Positions 23,936-37,380 are shown, counted from the first letter of the stretch. The stretch: DNA of 64,000 bases from Felis catus (GCF_018350175.1 NC_058373.1:112408001-112472000), one strand, 5' to 3'. The notes: a model not told the origin generated them from the letters alone. Numbers and translations are program-made.

Positions 23936-25670
23936 TATGTGTATAGCAGTCGGTATTGAGTTGATGGTCTCTTAAGTTTGAACACTTTATAAAATCATTA
24001 CATTTTACTTGCTCTTCCACACTTTATGTATATGATGTCATATTTTACATATTTTGTGTATTTCTTGAATAGTATGTGTGTGTGTGTATATATACGTGTG
24101 TGTGTGTGTATATATAATTGACATTGTTATTTAACTTCTTTACAGCTTTGTGAGTGGTTAATCTACTACCTTTACTGTGTTTTCTTTTATTAGTAAAGGT
24201 TTTTCCTTTCATGTTTTTTTTTTTTTTTTTTTACTTCTAGTTACGGTCTTTTCTTTCCACTTAAAGAGCTCCCTGTACCATTTCTTCTAATGTTGGTTTA
24301 ATGTTGATGAACTTCATTATCTTTTATTTGTATGGGAAACTATCCATCCTTCAATTTTGAATGATAACCTTTGCTGGGTAGAGTATTCTTGTTTGTAGGT
24401 TTTTTCCTTTTCAGTGCTTTGAATATATCATGCCATTATCTTCTGCCTGCAAAATTTCTGTTAAAAAATCATTTGGTAGCCTTATGGGGTTTTTCTTGTG
24501 TGTAATGGCTTACTTTTCTCCTGCTACTTTTAAGATAGTCTCTTTATCTTTAATTTTTGATATTTTAATTATGAAGTGTCTCATGTAATCTTCCTTGGGT
24601 TCATCTTGTTTGGAATTCTCTGTGCTTCTGGAACCTGGATGTCTATTTCTTTCATCAGGTTAGGGAAGTTTACAATGATTATACCTTGAAATAAATTTTC
24701 TGCCCCCTTTTCTCTCTCTTCTTCTGGGACCCCTATAATGTGAAGGTTAGTATGCTTGATGTTGTCCTCAAGGTCCCTTAACCTTTACTGTTTTTTAAAA
24801 AAATCCTTTTTCTTTTTGCTGTTCAGCTTGGGTGCTTTTCATTATGTGGTCTTCCAGATTGCTGATCTGTTCTTCTACGTCCCATAATGTGCTGTTGATT
24901 ACCTGTAGTATATTTTTCTTTTTAGGTACTGCATTCTTCAGCTCTACGTGTTTTGTTTTTTGTTTTTTGTTTTTATAATTTCTTGTCTTTTCATTGAAGT
25001 TCTCACTGCGTTCATCTACTCTTCTCAAGTTCAGTGAGTATATTTATGACCATTTTGAATTCTTTATCAGGCATAATGCTTATCTTCATTTGTTTAGCTC
25101 CTTTTTTGTGCTTTTGGTCTTATGCTTTTATTTGGGACATATTTCTCTGTCTCCTCATTTTATCTAAATCTCTGTTTCTTTCTCTTGAGTAGGCCAGCTA
25201 TGTCTTCTGGTCTTGAAAGTAGTGGCCTTGTATAGAAGGAGTTTTGTGGTGCCTTATAACACAGTCCTCCCCTGGTCCCCAGAACCAGGTGCTCCAGGGG
25301 TATCTCCTCTGTGGGCTTCATGTGCACTCCTCTTATGGCTGAGCTTCAACTGCTATAGGCACTGGTGGGCAGGGTTTGCATTCTATGTGGCTGTCTGTGA
25401 GGCCCAGTTGCAGTTGCTGTGGACATGCTGATGTTGGGCTGGCTCTCAGCCTGGTTGTCTGCAGTGAGCTGCTGTGACTGGGTTTGCACCTCATGCTGCT
25501 AGCTTAGTAGCCCAGCTGCAGCTTTAGGCTTGCTGGTGTCAGGGCCAATGCTGAGACTGGCTATCACAATGAGCTGCTCAGACTGGGTTCGCACACTGTT
25601 AGCAAGAGGCTCAGCTGTAGCCACCATGGGCTTGTTGGTCAATGGGGCCAGCACTCAGCCTAGCTATGAT
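23936..25670 (-). mobile_element. L1 inter-ORF, ORF1 and partial 5'UTR segment
   Basis: ORF1 coiled-coil peptide ..ELKNAV..INSTLWDVEEQISNLEDH; GC-richer repetitive 5'UTR at 25250-25670. Confidence 0.85.
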
Positions 25671-25734
25671 GGTCATTTTCTCTTCAAAACTATGAACTAT
25701 CTAAGGTTTTAGATAATTCCTCAAGTGTTGCATT

Positions 25735-25953
25735 AAAAAATTTTTTTTATGTTTATTTAGAGAGAGAGAGAGAGAGAGAGAGCGAGTGCACGAGTGGGAT
25801 AGGGGCAGAGAGAGAGGGAGAGAGAATTCCAAGCAGACTCCGAGCTGTCAGCTCAAGGCCTGATGTGGGACTCAAACTCATGAAGCGTGAGAACATGACT
25901 TGAGCCAATATCAAGAGTCGGGTGCTTAACCAACTGAGCCACGCAGGTGCCCC
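25735..25953 (-). mobile_element. Can-SINE
   Basis: Perfect TSD TCAAGTGTTGCATT. Confidence 0.96.
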
Positions 25954-26344
25954 TCAAGTGTTGCATTTTAATGATGCAAGTGCAGGAAGAACTAGAAGTA
26001 ATGATAAGTCAGATCCAATTTTGAATGTATTTGATGTCTGGAATCAATATTTACCAATAGTAATAGTCCAAGTTCTATATGACAGTTGATGAGAGAAGTT
26101 GGTTGCATTTAGAGGATATTGTAGATTATAAAACCCCACATTCTAATAAAATATCACTATCCCTTTATTTTTATTTCTGTAAATTATTCATGAAATGACA
26201 AAATATTTTTTAAATTATGTTGCTTAGTTGGCCCAGCCGATGAATGGTGGCGATTATTTTTTCTGGCATACTGAAGGTTAAGGTGGACCTTGAAGAATAT
26301 AATTAAAGTTTGGAAATGGAAGGGAAAGGCAAAAGAATACCTGG

Positions 26345-26373
26345 AGATATATATTCTCTCCCTCCCCCCCCCC

Positions 26374-26450
<77 letters not shown>

Positions 26451-26890
26451 ATATATATATGTATGTGTGTGTATATATATATGTATGTGTGTGTATATAT
26501 ATATGTATGTGTGTGTGTATATATTTGTATATGTATGTGTGTGTGTGTATATATATATGTATGTGTGTGTGTATATATATATATATGTATGTGTGTGTAT
26601 ATACATATATATATGTATGTGTGTGTATACATATATATATATGTTTAGCACATATATATATGTGTGTATATATATATATATACACACATGGGGGGGAGGG
26701 AGAGAATATGTATATATATATATAGATATCTATAGATATCTATATATAGAGAGAGAGAGATTGCATGTGTATGTGTACATATATGTGTATATATATACAA
26801 ATATATACACACACATGGGGGGGAGGGAGAGAATATGTATCTATATATATAGATATCTATATATATAGAGATTGCATGTATATGCAATCT
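26345..26890. repeat. Complex (TG)/(TA) microsatellite array with inverted and direct duplications
   Basis: Direct reading; see finding. Confidence 0.95.
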
Positions 26891-26964
26891 GATATTGTAT
26901 ATATCAATTTATTATTTCAGCTTATATTGATATATAAATATTTTCTCAAGATGATGATAAAAAA

Positions 26965-27161
26965 GGGGTGCTTGGGTGGCTCAGTTGGTTAAGCATCCGG
27001 TTTCGGCTCAGGTCATGATCTCGTGGTTCGTGAGTTCGAACCTTGTGTCAGGCTCTGTGCTGACAGCTTGGAGCCTGGAGCCTGCTTCGGATTCTGTGTC
27101 TCCCTGTCTTTCTGCTCTCCCCTGCTTACACTCTGTCTCTGTCTGTCTCAAAAATAAAAAA
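26965..27161 (+). mobile_element. Can-SINE
   Basis: TSD GATGATAAAAA. Confidence 0.96.
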
Positions 27162-27959
27162 AAGATGATAAAAAGGAAAGATGGGAACACATTATAGAAA
27201 GCTTCATATGACAACAAAGGATTGGATTTTACTTAAAACCACTGTTTACCATTGGGGCAATTTTATATTTAAGAGTAAGTAGTACTTTTCATATTTTTCT
27301 TTAGATGGGTAACTCAGAGTCTCTTGGAGGTTAAGAAATGGTCTTTTAGAAGAAAAGATTAAATATAGGGTTTTAATGAGGTATTAGGGATAACATGGAT
27401 TGGAACAAAATATTGGTGATGAGATAAAATGCCTAGGTGGAATGGATCTTATTATTTTGTTTATTCCTAGTTAATATGTATGATAATCTTTTTTGTAAAA
27501 GAAATTGGGAAGGTATCTATAGTAATTGTTTTCCTTGGTCATATTAAAAAGTAGTATAAAATTAGTTACTTTAGACATTTTTTTTGTCCTATGGAATTTT
27601 TAAATGTGTACCACTATCTTATTATTATACTGTAAAATGTCAGCAGTGCTGCTGGAATGTGTGTAAAGATTATTCAGTGACTAAGTTTGACTTTGCACGT
27701 CATTTTGTATTTAATATAGGCTTTCAAGTAATATTTGATGATGTAAAAAGCTAAGTGTTGAGGCTTTGCTTCTGAGTGGAATGGAGTAATGGGAGAATCA
27801 AATTAGCTTTCTTTGTCTATAACAAATAGAAAAACGAGATAAGATAGAGACATCACCATTCTGTAGCTTAGTTTATCTCAGAAACATATTCCATTTCTCA
27901 GTTGCAGTTGTGGTAAAGTTCAGTCTAGCTCGGTTTTGTCCTAATCGTATTGGCAATTA

Positions 27960-30490
27960 CATAAAATATAAATAGACTAACATTACAATTGAAATACTAA
28001 TCTTGTCAGACTGTGTAAAACAAAACCAAACCCAATTGTATACTGCATTCAAGAACCACATCTTAAATATAAAGAACAAGGAGGATGACATAAAAGGATA
28101 GAAGATAGATTGCCATGCAATCACTTAAAGGAAATCTAATGTAGCTCTACTAATGTCAGACAAAGTAGACTTTAAGATCAAGACTGGGTATAAGATAGAT
28201 GTTTACAATGACAAAAGGGTCAGTATATCAGGAAATTATCATAATCATGGATCTATATGTACATAATGAGTTAGTTTTAAACTATATAAAGAAATACTTG
28301 TATAAACAGAATAACTGGACAAATCCCAGTTATACTGGGGGAATTTTTGATACTCCTCTCAATAGCTGATAGAAGTGGGTGACCCCAAAATAAGGAAATT
28401 GAGTAATCAGTGACCTAGGTAACAACTCTGGAATAGGTCACTGGAAAATGATAGAATTTACATTCTTTTGAAATTCATATAAAACATTAACCAAAATTGA
28501 CCATATGGATCATATAGATTTATAGCTATAAAGATTAGTGTAATTTCAGTTAAAATGTCAGGTAAGTTTTTTGTGTTTTTGAAAATTAATGATCTAGTCT
28601 ACAATTTGTTTGGAAATTCACAGAACTAAGGTAGTCAAGGGAATCTTAAGGAGTAACAAAATCAGTGCAAGACTCTAGTACCAGACATTAAGACAGTATA
28701 ACACTAGAATTATTAAGGCTGTGGTATTGGTGCAAGGATAAATCAATGGAACAGAATAGAGTATCCATTTTTGTAAAGAGTATAATGGCCTCCAGACATG
28801 TCCACCCAATCCCTGGGACCTGTAATATATCACATTACCTAGCCAAAGGAACTTTTCAAATGTAATTAAGGTTAGAGATAATAAGATAGATGATCCTGAG
28901 TTATCTTGTGTGTTTCCAGTCTAATTGTAGGAGTCCTCGAAAGCAGAAAGAGAATTTACTCTTGACTGAAAGCAGAAAAGACATGCAATAGAAGGGGCAT
29001 TCAGAGAGATTTCAAGTGTCAGAAGGATCCTATGCACTATTATTAATGGCACTGTTATTTAGGCATGTATAAGGGCTAGAGAAGCCTCTATAGGCATGTA
29101 TAAGGGCTAGAGAAGCCTCTAGTTGCAAAGAGCAACTCTAGCTGAAAAGAGGAATCCCCAGCTACAGCCAGCAAGGAAACAGAACACTGGTCCTGACACT
29201 GAAGGACCTGGATTCTGTGAACTTCAATGAGCTTGGAAGTGGAGTCTTTCCAGAGCTTCATAATGAGAGCTGACAGACCCTTTGATTTTGGTTTTGTGAA
29301 ACCTGGAGCAGAAAAATCAGGCAAACCAATTCAGTCTGAGTTGTGAGATAGTAAATTTGTGTTGTCTTAAGCTGCTTACGTAAAATTGTGTAATTTGTTA
29401 TAGTACAACAAAATTATTAACATCCATGAAAAGATGTACACAAATACTATCATCTGATTTATAAGAAAGATAACATTGCAATACAATGGGGAAAATAATT
29501 TTTTTCTCTTAGGGTATTCTTACAGGAAAGAAGATCATCGACCTCTTCAAATCATACACGAAGATCAATTTCAGATACATCGATAGATTGAACTGTGAAA
29601 GATGAGAAATAAAGCTTGTAGATGAAATCATGAGAGAATATCTTCATGACCCTGGGTTAGGCAAGGATTTCTTAAACAGTAACCAGTAAAATTGATAAAT
29701 TGGATCACATTATAAGTCAGAACTTTAGGAACGATAGTATAAAAGAAATAGAATAAAAGAAGATATTTGTAATACATGTATTCAACAAAAGACTCATCTA
29801 TAACAACTGAATTTAAAAAATGATCAAAAGAATTGGAAAGATATTTCACAAACAGTATGTGGTCAATAGGAACATATAAAGTTGTTCAATATCAGTAATC
29901 ATTAGATAAATGTGAGTTAAAACTACCACAAAATATCTTTACACTTCACCAGAGTATCTGGATGAAAAGGTGACATGTCCAAGAGTTAGTGAGGAAGTTA
30001 TACAATCAGATAATTAATACACAAATAGGTACTACCAGTTTGGGAAGCTGAACAGTGCCTGCCGATCCTGAACATACATATTTCCTGTGCCCCAAGAATT
30101 ACACTCATAGGTATGTATCTAACAGAAATATTTGCTTATGTTCACCAAAAGACATGTGCTGCAGTATTTATAGCAGTACTATTTGTAACATCCTAAATTG
30201 GAAACAACCCAGATGTCTATATAATAAATGGATAAATCATTGTATAATTTTATACCATGGAATACTATACAATGAGAATGAACAACATAAAATTAAATTG
30301 AAAAACAAAGAAGAATCTCATAAACATAATGTTCAGCAAAGGGCACCAGATACAAAAAGAATGATTTATGTAAAGGTATGATTTATGTAAAGTTCAGAAA
30401 CAGGCAAAACTAATGTATAGTTTTAGAAGTCAGATAGTAATTCCTACTATTGTGGGTGGAGTAGTGACTGGAAGAAAGCATGAAGGGAGT
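27960..30490 (+). mobile_element. Ancient L1M relic (EN start, ORF2 end, 3'UTR) split by MLT1
   Basis: ATGTCAGACAAAGTAGACTTTAAG; TCAATGGAACAGAATAGAG; TGGAAACAACCCAGATGTC; GAAACAGGCAAAACTAAT. Confidence 0.78.
28769..29422 (+). mobile_element. MLT1-type MaLR solo LTR
   Basis: ATAATGGCCTCC..TGTAATTAAGGTT, ACAGCCAGCAAGGAAAC, TGTGAGATAGTAAATTTGTGTTGTCTTAAGC..GTAATTTGTTATAG..ACA; 5-bp TSD TCCAT. Confidence 0.88.
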
Positions 30491-30763
30491 TTTGTTTTCT
30501 TAGGAAAATAAAGATTTACACACTACTTTCAAGCCTTATCTATGTTTATTTGATATTAGAGGAAGTGGCTTTTTTACTCCTTTTCTACATAATAATCATG
30601 GTTTATTTCCTGTTTCATTTTTATCATTTAATGGTACTGATTATTTACAGTTTTATTTTGAGTCTTATACCTGTGCCAAAGCAAGGAGATAGGAATGTAC
30701 ATGAACAGTCAATGGAACCAATTGAGGTTTATTCAAAAGTGATGGCTTAATTCTACTGTGATT

Positions 30764-30984
30764 AAAATTTCTTTTTTTATGTTTATTCATTTTTGAGAGA
30801 CAGAGTATGAGTTGGGGAGGAGCAGAGAGAGAGGGAGACACAGAATCCAAAGCAGCCTCCAGGCTCTGACCTGTTAGTACAGAGACCAATGTAGGACTGG
30901 AACCCACAAATCATGAGATCATGACCTGAGCCTAAGTCAGACGCTTAACCAGCTGAGCCACCCTGAGTGGCACCCTCAGGTGCC
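30764..30984 (-). mobile_element. Can-SINE with rearranged head
   Basis: Standard body; extra inverted segment in the head. Confidence 0.93.
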
Positions 30985-31479
30985 ACTCTGAGATTTTAAT
31001 TGCATCTTTTAATTAATCATTTTTTTTGACTTCGGGTATACTCATTGGACTTTACCTCTAAAACTGTCTGTACTTTGTTGAAATTTGGATTTCTGTACTT
31101 AATTACTTAGATTTTTGATTAGTTCTGTAAAATTCCCAGTAAAACTTGAGCTATATTTGTGAGTTTGGGAAGAAGTGATTACAAGTATATATTAAGGTTC
31201 TGAAAAAATCTGTATAGTGCAGGAACCATCCTTTTTAAATTTGTGTAAGTCTATTTAAATTACAGTGTAAGAGGGTGATTTGGTATACTTTTTTAGATAT
31301 TTATGATATTTTCTAAGACTAATTTTGTTCTCTGCCCACATTGGTATTTTTTCTGATTGCTTTGATAATTATATAAACCTTCAACAATGCCACCTGCCAT
31401 CAAAAATGCTTCACTTTTTGTTTCATCCTTTTAAGGGAATTTATCACTAAGCCAAAGCAGAAATAATAGTAGTAATTAT

Positions 31480-31978
31480 AGCAATTGAAGTAATAGCAGC
31501 ATACATTTATAATGTGTCAAGCAATGTTCTAATTACTTTATATGTACTGATTTATTTAATGTAACAGTTCTGAAAGAAGTGCTATTCTTAGCTTCATTTT
31601 ATTTTTTTATTTTTTATTAAAAAAAATGTTTTTAATGTTTATTCTTGAGACAGAGAGAGACAGAGCATGAATGGGGGAGGGCCAGAGAGAGAGGGAGACA
31701 CAGAATCTGAAGCAGGCTACAGGCTCTGAGCTGTCAGCACAGAGCACTACACGGGGCTCGAACTCACGGACCGTGAGATCATGACCTGAGCCGAAGTCGG
31801 ACGCTTAACCGGCTGAGCCACCCAGGTGCCCCTCTTAGCTTCATTTTAAACATGAAAAGTTCAAGGAATAGAGAGGTTAACTATCTTGCTGAAGGTCACA
31901 TCTATTAAATAGATGCACTTGGGTCAAATCCTCTTTGTCTAAGGTCAGAGTCTGGGTTCTTAACCTCTATACCAGCAC
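31480..31978 (-). mobile_element. MIR split by a Can-SINE
   Basis: CATTTATAATGTGTCAAGCAATGTTCT..AGAGAGGTTAACTATCTTGCTGAAGGTCACA..TCTTAACCTCTAT. Confidence 0.8.
31602..31832 (-). mobile_element. Can-SINE
   Basis: Perfect 16-bp TSD TCTTAGCTTCATTTTA. Confidence 0.97.
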
Positions 31979-32949
31979 AAGACAGATAAGGAGATTGTAA
32001 AAACTGAAAATCAGTTACTAAATAAACAAATTAAGGTTTTACAAGTTTTTCAAAATTGTAAAATGGTTAGTGATTGTTCTTAAATAATAGTGATTAATTC
32101 TGAAGATTTTTGTAATTTTATATAAATTTATATTTGTATATATATATTACATTTATAAACATAAATGTATAATTTAAGATACTAATTTAAACTTTTCATT
32201 AAGACATGAAAATGTTTTCTATACTTCATGTTTGGAAAGGTTTCTGTATTTATCTTTTCTTTGCTGAAAGATATGAAAAAAATAATTCATGATCTGTCCT
32301 AAGCAAGAGCGGCTGGTTGTTCTATTCCTCTGTGTAGTAATATATCTTCATGTGATGAAGTTGATACAGAATTTTTAACTTGCTCCTTGGGAATTCCTGA
32401 ATATTTTAGGAACTTCATAAAAGTATTCTGGAAGCAAGCATTAAATGGAGAAGTTGGTGCTTAAAAACCTATGAAGCAAATGAAAACTAGAAAAGACAGT
32501 TGAAATGAATGATAAGATTAGAATTTAGATGAGAATTATGCTCATCTAAAACATATTTGTTTGATTCCATTTGTCTGAGTTTTTCTGAATTGCTTATAAT
32601 ATATCCCAATAACATTACAGTCTCTTTCCTGGATGCTACATCTTTTTAAAAAATATTTTTGTTTATTTTAATTCCACTACAGTTTAACATACAGTGTTAT
32701 ATTAGTTTTAGGCATACAGTATAGTGACTCAGCAATTCCATACATCAACCAGTGATCAAAACAAGTACACTCCTTAATCCCTGTCACCTATTTCACCCAT
32801 CCTCCCATGCACCTCCCTTTTGGTAACCATCAGTTTTGTTCTCTATCACTAACAGTCTAGTCTGGGTTTGTCTTTCTCTCTCTTTTTTCCCTTGCTCATT
32901 TGGTTCTTAAATTCCACATGAGTGAAATCCTATGGCAGTTGTCTTTTTC

Positions 32950-34389
32950 CTTTTTTTAAAATTGTATTTAAAGCCAGGTTACTTAACATATAGTGTAATA
33001 ATGATTTTCAGAGTAGAGTTTAGTGATTCATCACTTGCGTGTAACACCCAGTGTTCATCCCAACAAATGCCCTCCTTAATGCCCATCACCCATTTAGCCC
33101 ATCCTCCCACCATCACCCCTCCAGCAACCTGTTTGTTCTCTGTACTTAAGGGTCTTTTGTGGTTTGCCTCCCTCTCTGTTTTTATCTTATTTTTCCTTCC
33201 TCTCTGTTCATCTGTTTTGTTTCTTAAATTTGTTTCTTAAATTCCACATAAGAGTGAGATATGATATTTATCTTTCTCTGACTTATTTTGCTTAGCATAA
33301 TGCAATCTAGCTCCATACTCGTTGTTGCAAATGGCAAGATTTCATTCTTTTTGATCACTAAGTAATATTCCATTATATATGTACACACACCACATCTTCT
33401 TTATCCATTCATTAGTTGATAGACATTTGGGCTCTTTCCATAATTTGGCTATTGGTAATAGTACTACTATAAGCATTTGGGTGCATGTGCCCCTTGAATC
33501 GACATTTTTGTATCTTTGGATAAATACCTAGTAGTGCAATTGCTGAGTTGTAAGTTAATTATATTTTTAATTTTTTGAGGAATCTCCATACTGTTTTCCA
33601 GAGTGGCTGCACCAGTTTTCATTCCCACCAACAGTGCAAAAGGGTTCCCCTTTTTCCACATCTTTGTCAACATCTGTTGTTGCCTGAGTTGTTAATTATA
33701 GCCATGCTGACAGGTGTGAGGTGGTATCTCATTGTGGTTTTGATTTGTATTTCCCTGATAGTGATGTTGAGTGTCTCTTCATGTGTCTGTTAGCCATCTG
33801 GATGTCTTCTTTCAAAAAGTGTCTGTTCTTCTGTCCATTTCTTCAAGCTGTATTACAAAACTGTAATCATCAGGACAGTATGGTACTGACACAAAAGCAG
33901 ACACATAGATCAACGAAACAGAATAGAGAACCTAGAAACGGACCCACAAACATATGGCCAACTAATCTTTGACAAAGCAGGAAATGTAAAAAATGTAAAA
34001 ATGTAAAAAAGACAGTCTCTTCAGCAAATGGTGTTGGCAAAACTGAACCACTTTCTTACACCATACACAAAAATAAACTCAAAAGGGATGAAATAAGTAA
34101 ATGCAAGACAGGAAACCACCAAAACCCTAGAGGATAAAACAGGTAACAACCTCTTTGACCTCGGCTACAGTAACTTCTTATCAGACGTGTCTCTGGCAGC
34201 AAGGGAAACAAGGCAAGAATGAACTTTTGGGATCTTATCAAGTTAAAAAGGGTTTGCACAGCAAAGGAGACAATCAGCAAAACTAAGAGGCAGCTGAGGC
34301 AATGGGAGAAGATATTTGCAAATGACATATTGGATAAAGGATTAGTATCCAAAATCTGTAAAGAACTTATAAAACTCAACACCAAAAAA
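32950..34389 (-). mobile_element. Nested 5'-inverted (twin-primed) L1
   Basis: Minus 3' segment 32950-33845 joined to plus ORF2 segment 33841-34389; imperfect TSD containing TTGTCTTTTT. Confidence 0.9.
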
Positions 34390-37137
34390 ATAGTTATTTG
34401 TCTTTTTCTGACGGACTTATTTCACTTAGCAATATTCTCTAGCTCAATCCATTTTGTTGCAAATGGCAATAAATTTCACTCTTTATGGCGGAATAATATT
34501 CCATTCTGTGTATATGTGTTTGCATGTGTGTGTGTGTTTGCATTTTTGTGTGTGTGTATGTGTGTGTATCCCATACCTTCTTTATTTATTCATCCATATT
34601 GATGGACACTTGGGTTGCTTCCATAATTTGGCTATTGTAAGTAATGCTGCTATAAACAAAAAGGTGCATGTATGTATCCCTTTGAGTTAATGTTTTTGTA
34701 TTTTTTGTGTAAATACCCATTAGTGTGATTATTGGATCATATGGTAGTTATATTTTTAACTTTTGGAGGAAACTCCATACTATATTCCACAGTGGCTGTA
34801 CACTTTGCATTCCCACCAACAGTGCATGAAGGGTTCCTTTTTTTCAAATCCTCATCAATCCTTGTTGTTTCTTGTGTTTTTGATTTTAGCCATTCTGACA
34901 GGTGTGAGGTAATACCACATTGTAGTTTTGATTTGCATTTCCATGATGACAAGTGATGGTGACCATCTTTTCATGTGCCTGTTGGCCGTCTATATGTCTT
35001 CTTTGTCATATCTTCTGCCCATTTTGAAATTGCATTGTTTGTTTTTTGGTTGGGGGTTTTTAAGTTTTTTATATTTTGAGTACTAACTTTATTGGATATG
35101 TCATTTACAAATATCTTTTCCCATTCTATTGGTTGCCTTTTAATTTTGCTGATTGTTTCCTTTGCTGTGCGGAGCTTTTTATTTTGGTGTGGTCCCAAAT
35201 GTTTATTTTTGCTTTTATTTCCCTTGCCTCAGGAGACATATCTAGAAAATGTTGCTATTGCTGATGTCAGAGACATTACTACCTGTGCTTTTATAGGATT
35301 TTGATGGTTTCCTATCTGACATTTAGGTCTTTAATCCATTTTGAGTTTATTTTTGTGTGTGGTATAGGAAATAGTCCAGTTTCATCTTTTTGCATGTAGC
35401 TAATCAGTTTTCCCAGTACCATTTATTGAACATACTTTTTCCCATTGGATGTTCTTTCCTGCTTTGTCAAAGATTAATTGACCATATAATTGGGGTTTAT
35501 TTCTGGATTTCCTATTCTGTTCCATTCATCCCTGTGTCTCCTTTGTGCCAGTACCATACTATTTTGATTACTATAGCTTTGTAATATAGCTTGAAGTTTG
35601 GAATTGTGATGCCTACTGCTTTTGTTTTCCAAAATTGCTTTGGCTATTTGCAGTCATTTGTGGTACTGGACAAATTTTAGAATTGTTCTAGTTCTGTGAA
35701 AAATGCTTTGGTATTTTGATAGGGATTGCATTAAATCTGTATATTGCTTTGGGTAGTGTAGTCATTTTAATAATATTAATTCTTCCAACCCCCGGGCATG
35801 GAATGTCTTTCCATTTCTTTGTGTCACTTCAGTTGCTTTCCTCAATGTTTTATTGTAGTTGTCAGAGTGCAGGTCTTTCACCTCTTTGGTTCAATTTATT
35901 CCTAGGTATCTTATTATTTTTGTTGCAATTGTGAATGGGCTTGATTCCTTAATTTATTTCTGCCACTTATCAGCATATAGAAAGCAACAGATTTCTGTAT
36001 GCTGATTTTCTGCCACTTTACTGAATTCATTTATCAGTTTTAGGAGTTTTTTGGTGAAATCTTTATGGTTTTCTATATACAGTATCATGTCATCTGCAGG
36101 TAGTGAAAATTTTACTTCTTCCTTACTAATCTGGATGCCTTTTATTTCTTTTTGTTGTCTGACTGCTGTGGCTAGGACTTCCATGACTATGTCGAATAAA
36201 AGTCACGAGAACTGACATCCTTGTCTTGTTCCTGATCTTAGAGGAAAAGTTCTCAGTGTTTCCCCATTGAGCATGATGTTAGCTGTGGGGTTTTCATATA
36301 AGGCCTTTTGTATGTTGAGGTATGTTCCCTATAAACCTCCTTTGTTGAGAATTTTTATCATGACTGGGTCTTGTGCTTTGTCAAGTGCTTTCTCTGTGTC
36401 CACTGAAATGATCATATGGTTTTGACCCTTTCTCTCACAGATGTGATATATCACATCGATTGATTTGTGAATATTGAACCACCCTTGCATCCTGGGAGTA
36501 AATCCCACTTGATCATGGTGAATGATTTTTTTAGTGGATTGTTGGATACAGTTTGCCAATACTGTATTCTGTTGAGGATTTCTGCATCTGTGTTCATCAG
36601 AGATATTGGCCTACAGTTCTCTTTGTTTTCGGTGATGTCTTTATCTGGTTTTGGTATTAGGGTAATGCTGGCCTCATCGAATAAACTTGGTAGTATTCCT
36701 TCCTCTTCTGTTTTTTGGAGAAGTTTGAAAATAACAGATATCAACTCTTCTTTAAACGTTTTATAGAATTTGCCTGTGAAGCTGTCACCTGTGGTCCTGG
36801 ACTTTTAATCATGGGGAGTTTTTTGATTATTGATTCAGTTCATTGCAGGTAGTCAGTGTGTTCAAACTTTATATTTTTTCCTGCTTCAGTTTTGGTAGGT
36901 TATATGCTTCTAGGAATTTTCCCATTTCTTCCAGATTGTCCAGTTTGGTAATATATAATTTTTCATAGTATTCTCTTACAGTCCTTTGTATATCTGTGGT
37001 GTTGGTTGTTATTACTGCTCTTTCCTATGATTTTATTTGAGTCCTTTCTCCCGCACTCTCTCTCTTTTTCTTTTGCTGAGTTTGGCTAGAGGTTTATGAA
37101 TTTTGTTGATCTTTTCAAAGAACTTGCTCCCGGTTTC

Positions 37138-37380
37138 TTTTTTTTTTTTTTTTTTTTTTTTAATTTTTTTCAACGTTTTTTATTTATTTTTGGGACAGAG
37201 AGAGACAGAGCATGAACGGGGGAGGGGCAGAGAGAGAGAGAGGGAGACACAGAATCGGAAACAGGCTCCAGGCTCCGAGCCATCAGCCCAGAGCTTGACG
37301 CGGGGCTCGAACTCACAGACCGCGAGATCGTGACCTGGCTGAAGTCTGACGCTTAACCGACTGCGCCACCCAGGCACCCC
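37138..37380 (-). mobile_element. Young SINEC_Fc-type SINE
   Basis: Perfect TSD TTGCTCCCGGTTTC; long T tail. Confidence 0.97.

Noticed and set aside
26184..26992. Long overlapping ORFs rich in Y/I/H/T/C/V
   Set aside because: Translations of stop-free dinucleotide repeats.
27305..27386. Good plus-strand acceptor followed by ATG
   Set aside because: Stops in all three frames and only weak donors.
30550..30750. Non-repeat ORF ending ..PVPKQGDRNVHEQSMEPIE
   Set aside because: No recognisable protein, and only a weak donor (GTTTAT).
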